DNA of 64,000 nucleotides, from assembly GCA_046563655.1 (NCBI GenBank), contig CM102289.1, positions 3,534,001-3,598,000 of the forward strand, given 5' to 3'. Source of the stretch: Yuukianura sp. NJ FZ-2021 (lineage: Eukaryota). Under the pieces are notes generated by a model that saw only the letters and a program-made list of their open reading frames with translations, searched no databases and was not told where the DNA came from. The position numbers and the translations under genes were made by a program. Of this stretch, positions 20,784 through 38,457 are shown piece by piece (the first letter of the stretch is position 1; the number at the start of each line of letters is the position of its first letter).

Positions 20784-22263
20784 TTTTGCCAAATAGGAGT
20801 CAAGTGAAATACAGAAGCGTGTGGAAACTTTATTGAATACAGCAGCCTTTTATTGCTTTCAGAAAAAATATCTAGCACCTAAAAATAAACGTCGATGCAA
20901 ATTAAAATTTATTACAGCGAGCGCTGATAGGTAGTCTGCAATTGACGCTTAACGTTTGTTTAACTGGATACAAAATTATCATAAGCGGTTAACCCTACAG
21001 CCCAATTTGTACTTTTCGTTTCCCGGACGTTTCTCAGAAAAGTAAATAAGATTCAAATTAAAATGGTTCAATGACACCAAGCATTGATTTTATCCTTAAA
21101 TACCACACTGTGGGTAACCCTAAACAAGGAAAGTGACAACTCAAACTGTATCGAAATCAGCTATACAATACTGCATCCAATTCAATCTTCGAGTTAACCA
21201 CTAAACATTAGCATTAACTCCTCAACGATAGTGTAGGAGTTAATGTTAGTGGTTAACAAGAAGATGGAGGCAGTAAAGAAGCAGAATGCAGAAACGGTGG
21301 GGAACAATTTTGTTTACACAAGTAGACACCAACAAATTCAAAGGTTTGTGGATTTGAAAATTTAAAGGTGTGATGGTTCTCAAAAACAAAGAAGGTTATT
21401 TTGCCAATAAGCTATTTGACCTCAACCTCCCCGCAGAAATTGCTAATTTTTGAAAAAGAAACCAATCCACAGACTTGATGGACAGACTTACAATTAGTTT
21501 CATGTTGTTTAAATTTAAAGTTTTAGAACACATCGACATTAAATGTTTTTGAAAAATTCAATTACGATGTAAATGTATATTATTCAAAATATACGCGTGG
21601 TTTGACTTAGCAATGCTTCCCATCCTTTCAACTAGTACAAATATCCTCTGCCACTACAGTTAGCCCACCGACCTTAGCTTTAAATTAGTTGCAGTTAGTT
21701 TAAATTCAAAGTTGCATTTGTGACGATTTTAGAATTGGGCTGAGCTCATCCTCTTTGTCCATATCTCAACGACTTTAAATCTTTAGTTTCATTCAGTTTG
21801 TTAGTTTCAATTCTGGAGATGTGTGACAGTTAGTCATAGAAGTTATGGTGTCAGCAGAGCCCAAAAGTGATTATAACTCTACGAATACAATTTAAACACG
21901 AAAGATAACTTTTTACTGATAGCTTGTCAAAATTAGTTGTTTTCGTAAAGTGTGGTTCAAAAAGTTATATCACTGTACATAAAGCTATTCAGAATAATCT
22001 TGATTCAGAGCTTAAAATTCCCATTCGTCCACGTGAGGTCTCCATACTTTGGTCAAAATAAGTCATCACGTGAGTTTTAACTTTAATTTTTCGAAAGCTG
22101 GCAGTGACCGGTTAATGTCTCTGTTAATATAAATAGCATTTTAGTAACATGTTTGTGCTCAGTTAAAACAAAATAAATTGAACAGCAACACAAAAAACTC
22201 TAAAAAGCAATAAACCAACGTAGTTGAAAAAATATTGAAAAATAAGAGCTTGGAAAATTCAAA

Positions 22264-24291
22264 ATGTCTGCTAATTCAGTGTACTTTCGGCATTGTGAAA
22301 AACCAACTCCGGAACCAGTGGAAGGAGTCGTGAAAGGTATTATTCAATCAGTATTTTTTTCAAAACTTTCCAAAAGTCAGTGTTCTAAGGTTTTTTCCTA
22401 TGTTACAGGCGCCATTCCTGAATGGCTTGAAGGAACACTAATACGGAACGGTTCGGGCATCCAGGAATTTGGCGGCGACAGATACAACCATGCCTTTGAC
22501 GGTCTCTCCGTTCTGCATCGAATATACATTTCAAATGGGAAGGTAAGTTCACAATTTAATAAAAAAAACATTAATATTTTTGAAAACTGGCGCCAAGTTC
22601 AGCCTTTTTCTTTTTAGGCGATGTACAGCAATCGGCCGCTTGAAAGCATGTCGTACAAAATAAATTCAGCGGCTCAGCGAATAGTTGTGTCTCAGTTTGG
22701 AACTGCCGTGACCTTTGACCCCTGTCACGCTACGTTTGCTTCTCTCAAAACCGAGTTCAAGGAACTTGCGAAAGGGGCTCGCGGAATGGACAACTGTGCT
22801 GTCAATGTCGTAAATATTGGTGACCAACTCTACGCAATGACCGAAACACATGAAACGATCCGAGTTGATCCCAAAACACTTTTGCCCATTGGCAAAACAA
22901 CGGTAATTCCTGCCTACGTCGCAATTAACACTGCCACTGCACATCCACACGTACTACCCAACGGAAATGTTGTCAACATGGGCCAACATTTTTCAAACAA
23001 GAAAGGACCACACTATTCCTTTTTTCAAGTTCCGCCAAAATTCAACTCCGAAGGTAAGAAAATGTTATCAACTTATATTCACCCAGAATTTCATATTTCT
23101 TGTTGTATCTTGGCGCTAAGATTTGAAATTGTCTAAATTCTTCATAGAAACGGCTTACAGCTACGCAATGAAGATTTGCGACATTCCGGTAACGCACAAA
23201 GTAACGCCGTCATATTTTCACTCATTTGGCATGACAAAGGACAAACTCATTTTGGTGGAGTCACCATTTCGCATAAACGTCGCACAGCTCATGCGTAAAG
23301 AAGGTTCAACGCTTGACGCCCATTTCTGGCAAGATGGTGCAAAAACGCGTTTCCTCGTTGCTTCTATGGAAACTGGTGAGCCTCACTCCATCGTATACGA
23401 GACAGATGACCTCTTTCTATTTCATCATGCAAATACATTTGAGGAGAAAGGTCACCTCATCGTAGATGTCGCAGGTTACAACCACGCAAAGGTAAAAGGA
23501 CAATTATAAAAATAACAAATTGAGATTTTAAACCTTTACTTTTTAGTACGTTAAAGAAAACATGAACCACGACACACTTGGGAAGATTTGTCAAACGGAT
23601 GCAGGGGGATCGTTGCGCCGCTACGTATTGCCTCTCAAAATACCAGAAGGAAGTACTGGGAATTTGGTGACACTCAAAAACACTTGCGCAAGCGCAGTGC
23701 TGCGCGCGGGAACAAACAACGTTGTTGACGTCAAGCCGCAGATACTTTACCCCGCCTGGTTTGAATTTCCCAAAATCAACTACAGGCTCAACGGATTGAA
23801 AAATCGCTACATTTATGGTGCTGCCAATAGTAAAGTAGAGGATTCTAAAATTGCCCTCCAACAGCCAAATATGGTATACTTGCATAAAAGTTTAAGGCTA
23901 ATGAAAGTTCATAACAATTTAAAACACTCAAAATATATTTTGTGAATAATTTTAACTCTATGTTTTCCTAATTCCAAAAAATTCCTATGAATTTCAGATT
24001 CTAAAAGTGGACACTGAAACGGGGGAAAGTTTGACCTGGTCAGAAGAGAATGTCATAACTGGTGAACCAATTTTCGTGGCGAATCCTTCTACCCAAAACA
24101 GTACTGAAGACGACGGAGTACTTCTGGTATTCCTGCTGCATCAGAATGATGTCAGGAAAGTGACGCTGCTCGTACTTGATGCGCAGAAGTGGACAGAAAT
24201 TGCTCGAGCTGAATTTAGAGCAGAGGGTACCGTGGCAGGAACATTTCATGGGCAGTGGGCCAGTGACAGAGAAAAAATACATTCATATTAG
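22264..24291 (+). CDS. Carotenoid oxygenase (NinaB/BCO/RPE65 family)
   Basis: IPEWLEGTLIRNG, HAFDG, YAMTET, TAHPH, YFHSFG, FHHANTFEE, FEFPKIN, GEPIFV, GTFHG; four Fe-ligand His present. Confidence 0.93.
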
Positions 24292-24699
24292 AATTTGTAA
24301 ATTAACACAAATCTGTGACAAAAGCAAGAAAAAATGCATAAATCTATCGAAAAAAAGGCAATTTTTTACTAGTTTTAATTCTCTCCACCACCAACATTTA
24401 CTCAAATGACAAAACAACAAAAAAGACAAACACACTTTAATATTTTAAGCCTCGAAGGAAAGCAAAAGAAATGCCAGACTCGTGAAGCGTTGAAATCTGT
24501 TTAGATATTTTTAACCTTGAGACAGAATTTATGTTTAATCCGCTAAAGTTGCAGAGATCTCTAGAAAATGTAAGGGGAAAAAGTTTAATCTGAATTGTAA
24601 TGCTGAATGTTGTGTATTTGTTTATTAAGCATCTAATGTATAGTTGTTTAACAAATTCTATTCAAAATTTCAAAGAAAAAGTTTGCCATTCATCTTGCA

Positions 24700-26910
24700 A
24701 TGTACTTAACGGCATTGGTTGTCCTTGTGGTGTCAACAAGCATTCTTCCTCAAATGCATGCAAACAATTTGTCAGAACTTGAACCTATCAGAAAAGGTAA
24801 ATCATTTTTCTAACACCAATTTAAATCTAAGAGCTTGTAATAATTAAATTATATTAATTAATGCAGTTAATCATCCTTAATTTTAAAAAATACTTTGATA
24901 GAATTGCTGGCTCAACAACTCGTTTCGGTTGGAGACTACTACGAAGCAACCAAAGAACTTTTTACGGTTCGTTCTGCACATGAAAACATTTGGAGAGGTT
25001 TAGAAGATGGATCTGACGGACAGTGGACGCTTTGGGGAAATCGAATAGCATTTCGGAAGTTTGTTTCATAAAATTTCTAATTTTTTTTTCAAAAATATTT
25101 GTTACTAAATTCAAAACTCAAAATAGCTGGGCTATTCGCCCACGGTACCTGCGTGACGTGTCGAACTTCAACACCAACGTGAAAATCCTTGGAAAACCAA
25201 TTGCTTTTCCAATTGCCATTGGTCCATCCGGAACGCATGGAGATTATCACGAAGACGCTGAACCAGCTACTGCAAAAGGTGCGCTAAGTTATGTTAACAT
25301 AGCTTTATAACTTATAATAATTATTATAAGTTACAAGCTATGTTATAATAAGTTATGTCGTAGCTGCTCAAGCAATGGGTACAATATTCGGCTTGAGCTG
25401 CACTTCAACTGCGACCATGGAAGAAGTTGTCGCAAGTGCACCGGACGTACGGAAGTGGATGCAAGTAGAAACTTACAGGTTGGCAACCATATTAACAAAA
25501 AATTTCAAAATATTTTCTTTAAATTGTCAAATATTGTTAAAAATATGGACATAAAGTAAGATGTTCTAAACCTTTTAAACGTAGAAACCAAACGGGAGAA
25601 TTGATTCGGAAAGCAGAAAAACTTGGATTTGAAGCAGTTGTTGTAACGATTGACTCTCCAACTTATGGAAACATCTACTGGAGTAAAAAACAACAAGGAT
25701 CTGCGTATGAACATGAAATAACTAAACCGTTACTAAGATATATTTAGGTTAAACAGTTAGTCACTAATTTACCATTTAACCCCGAATTTCATTTACCTAA
25801 ATGTTATCCAGTGAGACAAGTAACGAAAATGAAGGGGAAGTTGAAGAACCCGCAGGAACGTTAGATCCCAGCGCCACTTGGGACTTGGTTCCATGGATTC
25901 GAGCGTAACAGTGTTAACTTTTTTTTTATAATGGGTTAAGCAATTACATTCAAAAATGCTAACTTTTATTTCAGACGGACGAGTATGAAGCTTATTTTGA
26001 AAGGAATTATGACAAAAGAAGACGCGGCAATTGCTGCTGCTCTTGGAGTGGATGCAATCATCGTATCAAACCATGGTAAAAAATTATTATTTTGTATTTT
26101 TGTATTCTAAAGATAAGTTAATGTGATAGGTTAATTAAGTTTACTTACTTAGGTTAATTAAATTTATGTTTATATACGCTGTGAATATTAGCTTGGATAT
26201 CAAATGTAAACTGAACTAAACTGAAATTTCTTTTTATTACTACTTTTTCTTTGATTGTAGGTGGACGACACTTGGATTCCGTGCTGCCAACGGTTAACAA
26301 TAGAATTGGATTTATCATACATTTAACTTTTTTTTAATAAGCAAAGAACAAAAAAGATTGTTTTGATTAGCTTGAAGTATTGCCTGAAATCGTAAGCGCC
26401 GTCGACGGTCGTGTAGAAGTCTACATGGACGGTGGAGTCACACGCGGTTCCGATGCGTTTAAAGCTATTGCATTAGGAGCAAAGATGGTAAACCAAAACC
26501 TAATTAATTAAATTAAAGTCAGTTTTGATATAGTTTATTGATCTAAACAATTCTCCTTTAATAATTTTAATAACTTGTATTTGCAAAGGTTCTCCTTGGC
26601 CGTGCAGCCTTATGGGGATTGTCAATCGATGGCCAAAACGGAGTTGTTAATGTCCTCACCATTTTAAAAGATGAATTTGAACGGACAATGAGACTTGCAG
26701 GTATTGCTCAATACTATGATATACAAAAACTTAACTGCTCATAAATTCAAACTAATTTTAATCTAACCGTATTTAATCACTTAATTTATTTAGTTTAATC
26801 AGCACTTACTTTTATTTGTTACGCTTTATTCAGGACACAAAACCGTTCAAGAAATATCTCGTGGATCGATTCAGCCGTATTCATTTCCAACAACAAAATT
26901 TAAAATTTGA
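24700..26910 (+). CDS. FMN-dependent alpha-hydroxyacid oxidase-like protein with N-terminal signal peptide (many short exons)
   Basis: [78 protein letters not shown]; exon 1 [21 protein letters not shown]. Confidence 0.85.
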
Positions 26911-27488
26911 ACTAGCTTGTGTGATTTCAACTCCGTTAGGTTAGGTTAGGACTTAAGTTGTGAAATTTATACTCTTTTTCTTTTGTTTTGATTTGAAAAA
27001 AAAACGAAAACTGAGGCATGATTAGTTTTGAAATATTCAAAATGGTAGTTTAAATTATGCTACCCTGCGAGCGATTACAGAGTTAAGTATAGGGTAACCT
27101 AGTAAACTATGATTTACAATCGGTTTCTGTAGTCCTGCTCAAGTTTTTTCAGTCTAAAGAAGTTAAAATTTTTTGGACAACTTTGAAAACTTTCAAACTA
27201 TACAGTGCGTTTCAAAATTTGTTTTGTAAACTCCTGTTGAAGTTTAAAAAGTTTTTGTAAATTTTTATGATTCAAAATGAGTAAATGTCAATTTCGTCAG
27301 CTCATTTCAAAAGCAAAAACAATACACAGGAGTGGCAAAAACAGTCCATTTTTATGTTTCAGTGATTTTGAGCTATGAAATTATTCTTAAACAAATACTT
27401 TTTGATCATGTTTTCAAAATTTTATTCATCAAAGAATCTGAATCAGGTTTGCTTTGTGAGTTGAGTTGGTGGTTATTCGAATGATTCA

Positions 27489-27848
27489 TTAGAGTGGAAC
27501 TGCGCAGCAAGTATACGTAGCCTGGTTACGTCCTGCGCATGCTTGTTCGTCTCTGCTTTGTTCCACAATTCTGTATCTGTCGCGAGGATAGTCGCGGAGT
27601 TCTGGAAGGTTACACTTGAACTCTCGCGTCATCATACTCTTGCACGGTGAAGTGAAGCAATCTAAATCAGAGGTGGAAACCAAAATTCATTTTAAGTCAT
27701 TTACACAGTCGTTTTTTGAAATTCTAACAATTTTCTAGACCGCTTCAGGAAAACTTCTTCTTTGCGGTCTTTCTTTACCTTCGGCATCCGAACTTTGGAT
27801 ACAGACAATAGCCACGAAGGCGCAGACGATAATGGCACAGGTCTTCAT
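27489..27848 (-). CDS. Small secreted 6-Cys peptide (80 aa)
   Basis: Exons 27848-27779 and 27661-27489 splice in frame: MKTCAIIVCAFVAIVCIQSSDAEDCFTSPC...FKC...AC...TCCAVPL. Confidence 0.75.
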
Positions 27849-28535
27849 TTCTGATTTTTTTTTAAATTAAGTAGTAACTTTTTGTTGGTACCAAATTCAA
27901 GAGTCATATTACAACTCTATTTATAGCATAAGAAGATGTCCTATCGTTTGAAGCTTGAATTGAGGTTGAATTGAGCCTATTCTGTTCTAGGAACGTGTGA
28001 CCACATCCTTATTAATAAACCTTCAATGATAAATTCAATTGAAGTATAAAGTCCACTTAAACTTCCCTATGACGACAAACAAAACCAAGAAGACTAGTGT
28101 AAGCAGTATACATCATTTCATTTTCAAGATTACTATACTTGAAAATTTTTGTCGAAAATTGTATACACTCGGATTTATTTTGTAGTTCAAAGCCAGTTAT
28201 AACAAGTGTAGAGACGAAAACTTGAAGCGACATTTCATGTATCCGTAGTAAAAGAATTCGAAACTTTAATACCCAAATAAGAACTTGAAAAAAATTGTGG
28301 TGTTATAAAAAAAAATTATGATGTAAAATAGGAAGGTTGGCTGAAACAACTGAAAGATTGATTTAAAGTTTAATGATTAGAAGAATTTCAAAATTAGCAA
28401 GTTTTTAGATTAGTTAACAAAGTTATTTTTTTGACAAGCATGATTACATCTATAAGCCAAAAGAAAATGATTATACCAAAAACTACTAAAAGCAAAAACT
28501 AGAAAACTAAAAATTGGCTAAAACGTGATTTAAAT

Positions 28536-32579
<4,044 letters not shown>

Positions 32580-34680
32580 ATAGAAAACCATTTGCGGTGT
32601 GAAGCGTGCGAACTAAACTGCGGCTTTTCTATTTTAAATAGTTACAACATTTCCAGGGTTCATCATTGCCCATGCAGTGAAGTAAAAACTTGTGTGCTAA
32701 AAATTCACATGCGGAAATTACACAAAGTTTGCGAAACTAAGTTATATGCTCAAAAATCCTACTCAATCAAAATATGTAGTTGGTACACCTTATTCTTAAA
32801 TTGGAAAACGTATAGTTACAACACAAAGCAACAAAGGTCATAAATGTTACACCTATTGCAGAGTTATTCCTGCAAACTGGGCTTGGCGTTTCTTGTGTTT
32901 TGGAAAACGTCTTTCATATTTTCAAAAGTCTGTCAAAACTGATCTTAAATTAACTACAAGTCATACGCACTTAGAATGCACTTATTAGTTGATATGAAGT
33001 CATAAAACCAAAGATACCCATTGGTTATCTTTTTAGCTTTGGTTTACCCTGTTCAGTTTGATTTGTTGAAACGGATTTTCCATCAACAAGAAGTGCTTGA
33101 CAGATCCAGATGAAGACAAGGAAGCGGATTATGAAAGATAATGTTAATGACACAAGTGGTTTGTCACTGAAACAAAACATTTGGCACTCCTTTCAAAGTA
33201 AAATTAAAAATGAAACGGAAACTGAATATGAGCTAAGGCACAACTTTCTCTGCCTGTTGAGCGACAACAATTTAGGTCAAACCAACACTAACGGAACTAA
33301 AAGTTAGGGACTACTTAAGTACTTCACGATTTCCACACTTCAACAAAAGATCTGTCCAGAGCATAACATAACACGACAGATGAATGCTTCTCCTTCAAGA
33401 GTTCAGGCGATAAGAGACTATAGATCGATCATGAATTCCATTTTTAGAGGAGGAAGCCTATCATTAACACTTCAACTTTAAGTTATTGTAAAGTTGACGT
33501 TTGATATGCAAGTTGTTAGTTTTATTGTGAACAAAAACACAATAAGTTCTATTGCTGCGCTAGTGTGCAAACTTTTTTTTCACAATTACTGGTTTCTGCA
33601 TGCATGAATTAATAGTCCTTTGTTGAAAAATGTGGGTTTGCATTGTCCATGCTAATTCTTGGAAGTACCAAAATTTGCAAACTCGTCATTGGCTCTATAA
33701 TTTATTTGCAATTTACATTTTAATTTGCACATTTTTCAAAACTGGATAAATCTTGTTCATCATCATTAGAAAATGGCTATAGGAAAATCCTTTTATAATT
33801 TTCCCTTTGAAGTAAAATTTTTACTTCCAAGTGTAGGTACTTATATGAAAATTTGCAAAGTTTTGACACATTTTTAAAGCACGGGGAATCATAAACTGCA
33901 TAACATTATCACGTTACGTCAACTACGTTCCCCCAGTTTAAAAAAAAACAACAACAACGAAGTTTTGAAAAACAACTCGAACATTTCTAATTTCCCCCTC
34001 TTTTGATATTGTTTTAGGCAACCGAGCTTAGGGAATTGTAACAGTTTCCAATATGGCAGAGACGATTACCAGAAAAGATCCAGTTGGAAATTGAAAGAAA
34101 TCAGTCACACACTGGATCCCATGCTCTACTTAATGTTGTTATATGACGTTATCCAAAATTCTTGTACGTTATAATGAGGTTTTAAAAGTTTCAAAATTAT
34201 TTTTTCTTGTGGGTAATTTGACTTTGTTTCACAAATCTTATCGGAACTAATGAGAATTTTTCATATTCATAAGGTTCGGTTTAGTTGAAAACTTCGGATT
34301 GGGTTTGTTTTGTCTTTCTATGTTATTTCAGTTCCACTTTCACCAGGGAGTAATATCAGCCTATTTGAATTGAAAATGTAGTTAGCCTAACAAAGTGTGT
34401 TAATTATTTATGTTGATGACTAGGCAGAGCGTAGAATGCTTTAAATAAACTATGCTTCATTCGTTCCTTCGTTAAAATTATCTGGCTAGGAAAATTTTAC
34501 AAATGGAGAAAAACAAAAAACATTTCATACCGAAACAGTAGCTTTCAAACACAACAGGTTAAACAACTGAAGAGTGTAAAAGTGTTTTAACAGTGTTTTT
34601 TTTTGCTTAAATAAATATTTTCAAAAAATCCAACGCCAAAAGTTTGAAAGTATTACCGTTCTCTGGTAATAGTAATAATT

Positions 34681-35937
34681 ATGAAGTACAAAAAAATAAT
34701 TATGAAGTACAAAGTAATAATTATGAAACAACGCATAAACTTTTGGGTGAGGCTAATGTATACATGGGCAAGCGTTCTGCACTACGTACCAGTTGGATAT
34801 CAGATTAAAAGCGGACGACCCGATCATATTGTTCAAATTAAACGAAGCTTGGTACACACTACGTTCGGAATATTTTCAACACTTGTACTGGGAGCATTTA
34901 TATGCTACTGGTACTACGAAATCGTTTTTGGAAACCCAACGGCGATTGAAAAAGCGTTTGCAGTTGGCGTGAACTGTGTTTTGAACATTTTACACGCGAC
35001 ACAGTGGCTACAGCTGATTCCAACTACACGTCAACGTTGCCTCAATGTTACAAATGTTGCACTTGATACGATGTACCGCCTCTCAAAAAATTTACCGCGC
35101 TCTTTTGAGTTGATATGTTTTTTGTTATGCACCAACTCAATGTTGTACCCAATAGTATTCCCTCCCAGTGTGTATTTTGCCTCAATGACGTTTCCTGGAA
35201 TGTTCACAGCACTGCATAAGGGAATAGCATTCGCGACATTACAGTTGAGCCAACCAGAATCTGCGATATATTCCTGGCTCTTCAATTTATTGAAATTGGT
35301 TGTTCTTGGCACTATTTCTATTTCATTGGGTCAGGCAGCAGTCAATGCATTAACTATTGTTCATTGGGTGTTTATTTATTTATACACAACTAACCAACTA
35401 CTAAAGGAGCTTAGTTTGGACAGGTATGCAGTATTTGTCTTAATTGGTAATGTGTTTTCCATTTTTGAAAAATTTAAGTTATATGTATGTCTTTGCAGGG
35501 CGACGAATACACTTGCCTATTTGAAGATCAGAGTAACTGCTGAAGCGTTTCGAGTAGCCTTTGCAGATATTGTCAGTTTCGCCCTTTTGAACATTTTAAT
35601 TGCAATTATCGCTTTAACATTTTTTGCAATTCGCGGGTCGGACCATGCTGTATTGATTGTGCTTCTAACCGTTGCGGCTGATGGTGTGGCGATATGTGGC
35701 GCTAGTTTTATTCTTAATCTGTCCACACATCAGCACATTTTGTCAAAAACTTTGATTTCAAATGCTCACGCGAATGCACCAAAATCTTCACAGTATGACA
35801 CCAAATTTTGGAAGGGAATGACCCCACTACGTATAGGATTTGTAGGAATTTGTTCCTTTGAAACAAAAGAATTCATTTTGTTCGTATGGGCACAAGTAGT
35901 ACTAGCTTCAATTATTGATCTTCTCATTGCATCTTAA
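34681..35937 (+). CDS. Gustatory-receptor-like 7TM chemoreceptor (copy A)
   Basis: Multi-TM profile; C-term KFWKGMTPLRIG...IIDLLIA; probable stopless 75-nt intron 35424-35498; paralog of 36985-38457. Confidence 0.65.
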   Translation: MKYKKIIMKYKVIIMKQRINFWVRLMYTWASVLHYVPVGYQIKSGRPDHIVQIKRSLVHTTFGIFSTLVLGAFICYWYYEIVFGNPTAIEKAFAVGVNCVLNILHATQWLQLIPTTRQRCLNVTNVALDTMYRLSKNLPRSFELICFLLCTNSMLYPIVFPPSVYFASMTFPGMFTALHKGIAFATLQLSQPESAIYSWLFNLLKLVVLGTISISLGQAAVNALTIVHWVFIYLYTTNQLLKELSLDRYAVFVLIGNVFSIFEKFKLYVCLCRATNTLAYLKIRVTAEAFRVAFADIVSFALLNILIAIIALTFFAIRGSDHAVLIVLLTVAADGVAICGASFILNLSTHQHILSKTLISNAHANAPKSSQYDTKFWKGMTPLRIGFVGICSFETKEFILFVWAQVVLASIIDLLIAS

Positions 35938-36984
35938 AATTTTTAATTCTCTTTTGAGCATTCTTTTCACTTTTTAGCCAGCAATTCAAAAAATCGCTTG
36001 CTCAGAATCCATATTTCTTAAATAAATAACTAGTATTAAACGAAATGTTGGAAATTATTGACTTTTCTGCTTTGTATCCACATTGTAGGTCTTCATTTGC
36101 AACAGAAAATTTCCATTCGTTTGGGCTGAATTCAGCCCAAACTAATTAAGTATCTTGTATCATCTATCCATTTGCTAATAGTGAATATTATGAAACCTTT
36201 AAAACTGTTTTTGGCTTTGACTTCAAATTCTGTTTTTATCGTTGTTGTTGTGTTTTTAATGGTTATAACCCCATTTTCCATAAACTATAGTTTTTGTCGA
36301 GAAACTCATAAAAGCCATTTATTTTTGTAATGTTCTGCAGATCTATAAAAGCATGTTCTTTGGCTTGAAAAATTTATTATGCTTTTCTTGTCTTTAAATG
36401 CGCAAAATCCATTCCAAGGTTTCAATTACCAAAAATATTTATTGAGACTTGAGACACAGCCAGACACAGTTATAGTTTAGCAGGTACTCTCTAAAGCAAT
36501 ACAGTTCTGTTGTTTGAATATTTTGTGTTTCAAATCAAACCAACTCAGGTCGATAATGAATAATTCCGTTTGAACAGCAGCGAACTTTTGCCGGAAGCAA
36601 CATAAGTTTAATTAAGGTGTCAAGTTTAGCACCACTTCATTCTTAAGGAAATGAGTTCCACTCTAATGGCTTTAGCAGTTAGGTCAGTTAAGAGCATAAC
36701 ATTCGTGAATTAATTTCTAAGTTTAAGACCTAAGTTTAAGACTAGATTTAAGACGGAGTGACGTGCAGTACATTTCTCAAAATCCCCGAGATTACTGTTT
36801 TCACTAATTTTTCGTTATTATATACATTATTCGTTATTATATTAATATTTCGTTAGCATAAGTAAGTATCAAAAGAAGTTCACATGAAGCAAATGAACCT
36901 CCTTGCTGAGTACTCATCAGCACTTGCATATAGTAGGTAGGCACTATTTGAATCTTCTAAAATTCCTTTAAGGTTTTAAATAAT

Positions 36985-38457
36985 ATGTATTTTAATTTGG
37001 ACCAACTCAGAACGCATGTATTCATGAACATATTCCGTAAATTGTTGGTTTGGTACCATGAAATACAAAATCGTTCTGTTGTTGGGTCACCTAAATATTG
37101 TATAACTACTATTCTGTCGACATTAAGTAAACGGCGGCGTGTTTTGAAGCGTCGAATTAATTTGTGGGTAAAGGTGATGTATACTTGGGCAGGATTTTTG
37201 CACTATGTACCATTCGAATACCATTTTGGACGAATACAGCCTGATACCATTGTTTTCACTAAGCAAAAACCACTGAACAAGGTGGTTAAAATATTTTCTG
37301 CAGTCGCTGTTGGTGCATTAATAACCTATTGGTACTACGAAGCCAAGTTTGGTGTTACAACAAAATTCGAGAAGGTAATTGCTGTTGGTGGAAACTGTAT
37401 TTTCAACTTAATGCTCATGTCGCAATGGATTCTCCTGATTCCGGCTACACGCCAACGTTGTGTCAATGTCACAAATGTCGTTCTTCACAATAAGTTCCAA
37501 CTATCCAAAGAATTGCCAATTTCTTTTGAAATTCTCTGTTTTCTCTGCTGTTTTGGATCAATATTCTATCCACTCATGTACCTTCCAGCCTGTTATGCTG
37601 CGTCATGGGCATTTCCTGGATTGTTCACAACGTTTCACAATGTTCTCGCAGCGGCTTCCCAACTCAGCATACGCGAACCACCTATTCATTTATGGCTCTT
37701 CCATGTGTTCAAATTTGTTGCTCTTTCTGGCATTGCAATTGGACTGGGTGATGCAGCAGTGACGGCATGTATGATATGCCATTGGGTCTTTTTATATTTG
37801 TTCACAACCAATCAACAACTACTAGATCTCAGTTTGAGCATGTAAGTGAGAATTTCTTTTTATGACTGACTTTTACATTAGTGCTTAGTTTATACTATAA
37901 GCATTTAATATAATATAATTACTTTTATTACAATTAATGATTTAAAAATATATATGTATTTCATTTTTTATAGTGAAGTAAACCAGCGAGACCAAAGCTA
38001 CTGTTTTAAACGGCAAAGTCCAGATCAATGGGCGTACTTAAAGGTCAAAGTAATTGGAGAAGCATTTAGGGCAGCTTTTGGAAATATGATTTTTGTCTTT
38101 TTTAGTAACATTTTAATGGGTATTGCTGTTTCGTCGTTTTTTACAATTCGCGCTAGTGGCGAATATTCTATGATGATCGTCATCCCCATCGCTATTTGCG
38201 ATTTCTTTTGTATAGTAGCAACAACACTATTTTTGTGTATTTCAACAGATCAGTACATTTTATCTAAAATTATAGTTGCAGTAGCCCATCATAAAGCAAG
38301 AAAGCGGAATTCAAAGTATGAATCAAAATTTTGGAAAGGCATGACTCCCCTTCGAATTGTCGTTGGTGGCGTCGCTTCATTAGAAAGAAGAGAATTCACT
38401 CTATTCATTTGGGCACAAGTAGTTAATATGTTAGTTAACCTACTTTTAACATTTTAG
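36985..38457 (+). CDS. Gustatory-receptor-like 7TM chemoreceptor (copy B; start uncertain)
   Basis: Two ORFs colinear with copy A (MYTWA..LHYVP, YWYYE, TRQRC.NVTNV, KFWKGMTPLRI); intron ~37841-37973. Confidence 0.65.

Noticed and set aside
26936..26950. (TTAGG)3, the arthropod telomere repeat, in a window containing TERT
   Set aside because: Only three units; similar short runs occur inside the MITE; not evidence of a telomere or telomerase RNA
36718..36753. TAAGTTTAAGAC-like short tandem repeat
   Set aside because: Simple local duplication; no spacer structure, not CRISPR-like
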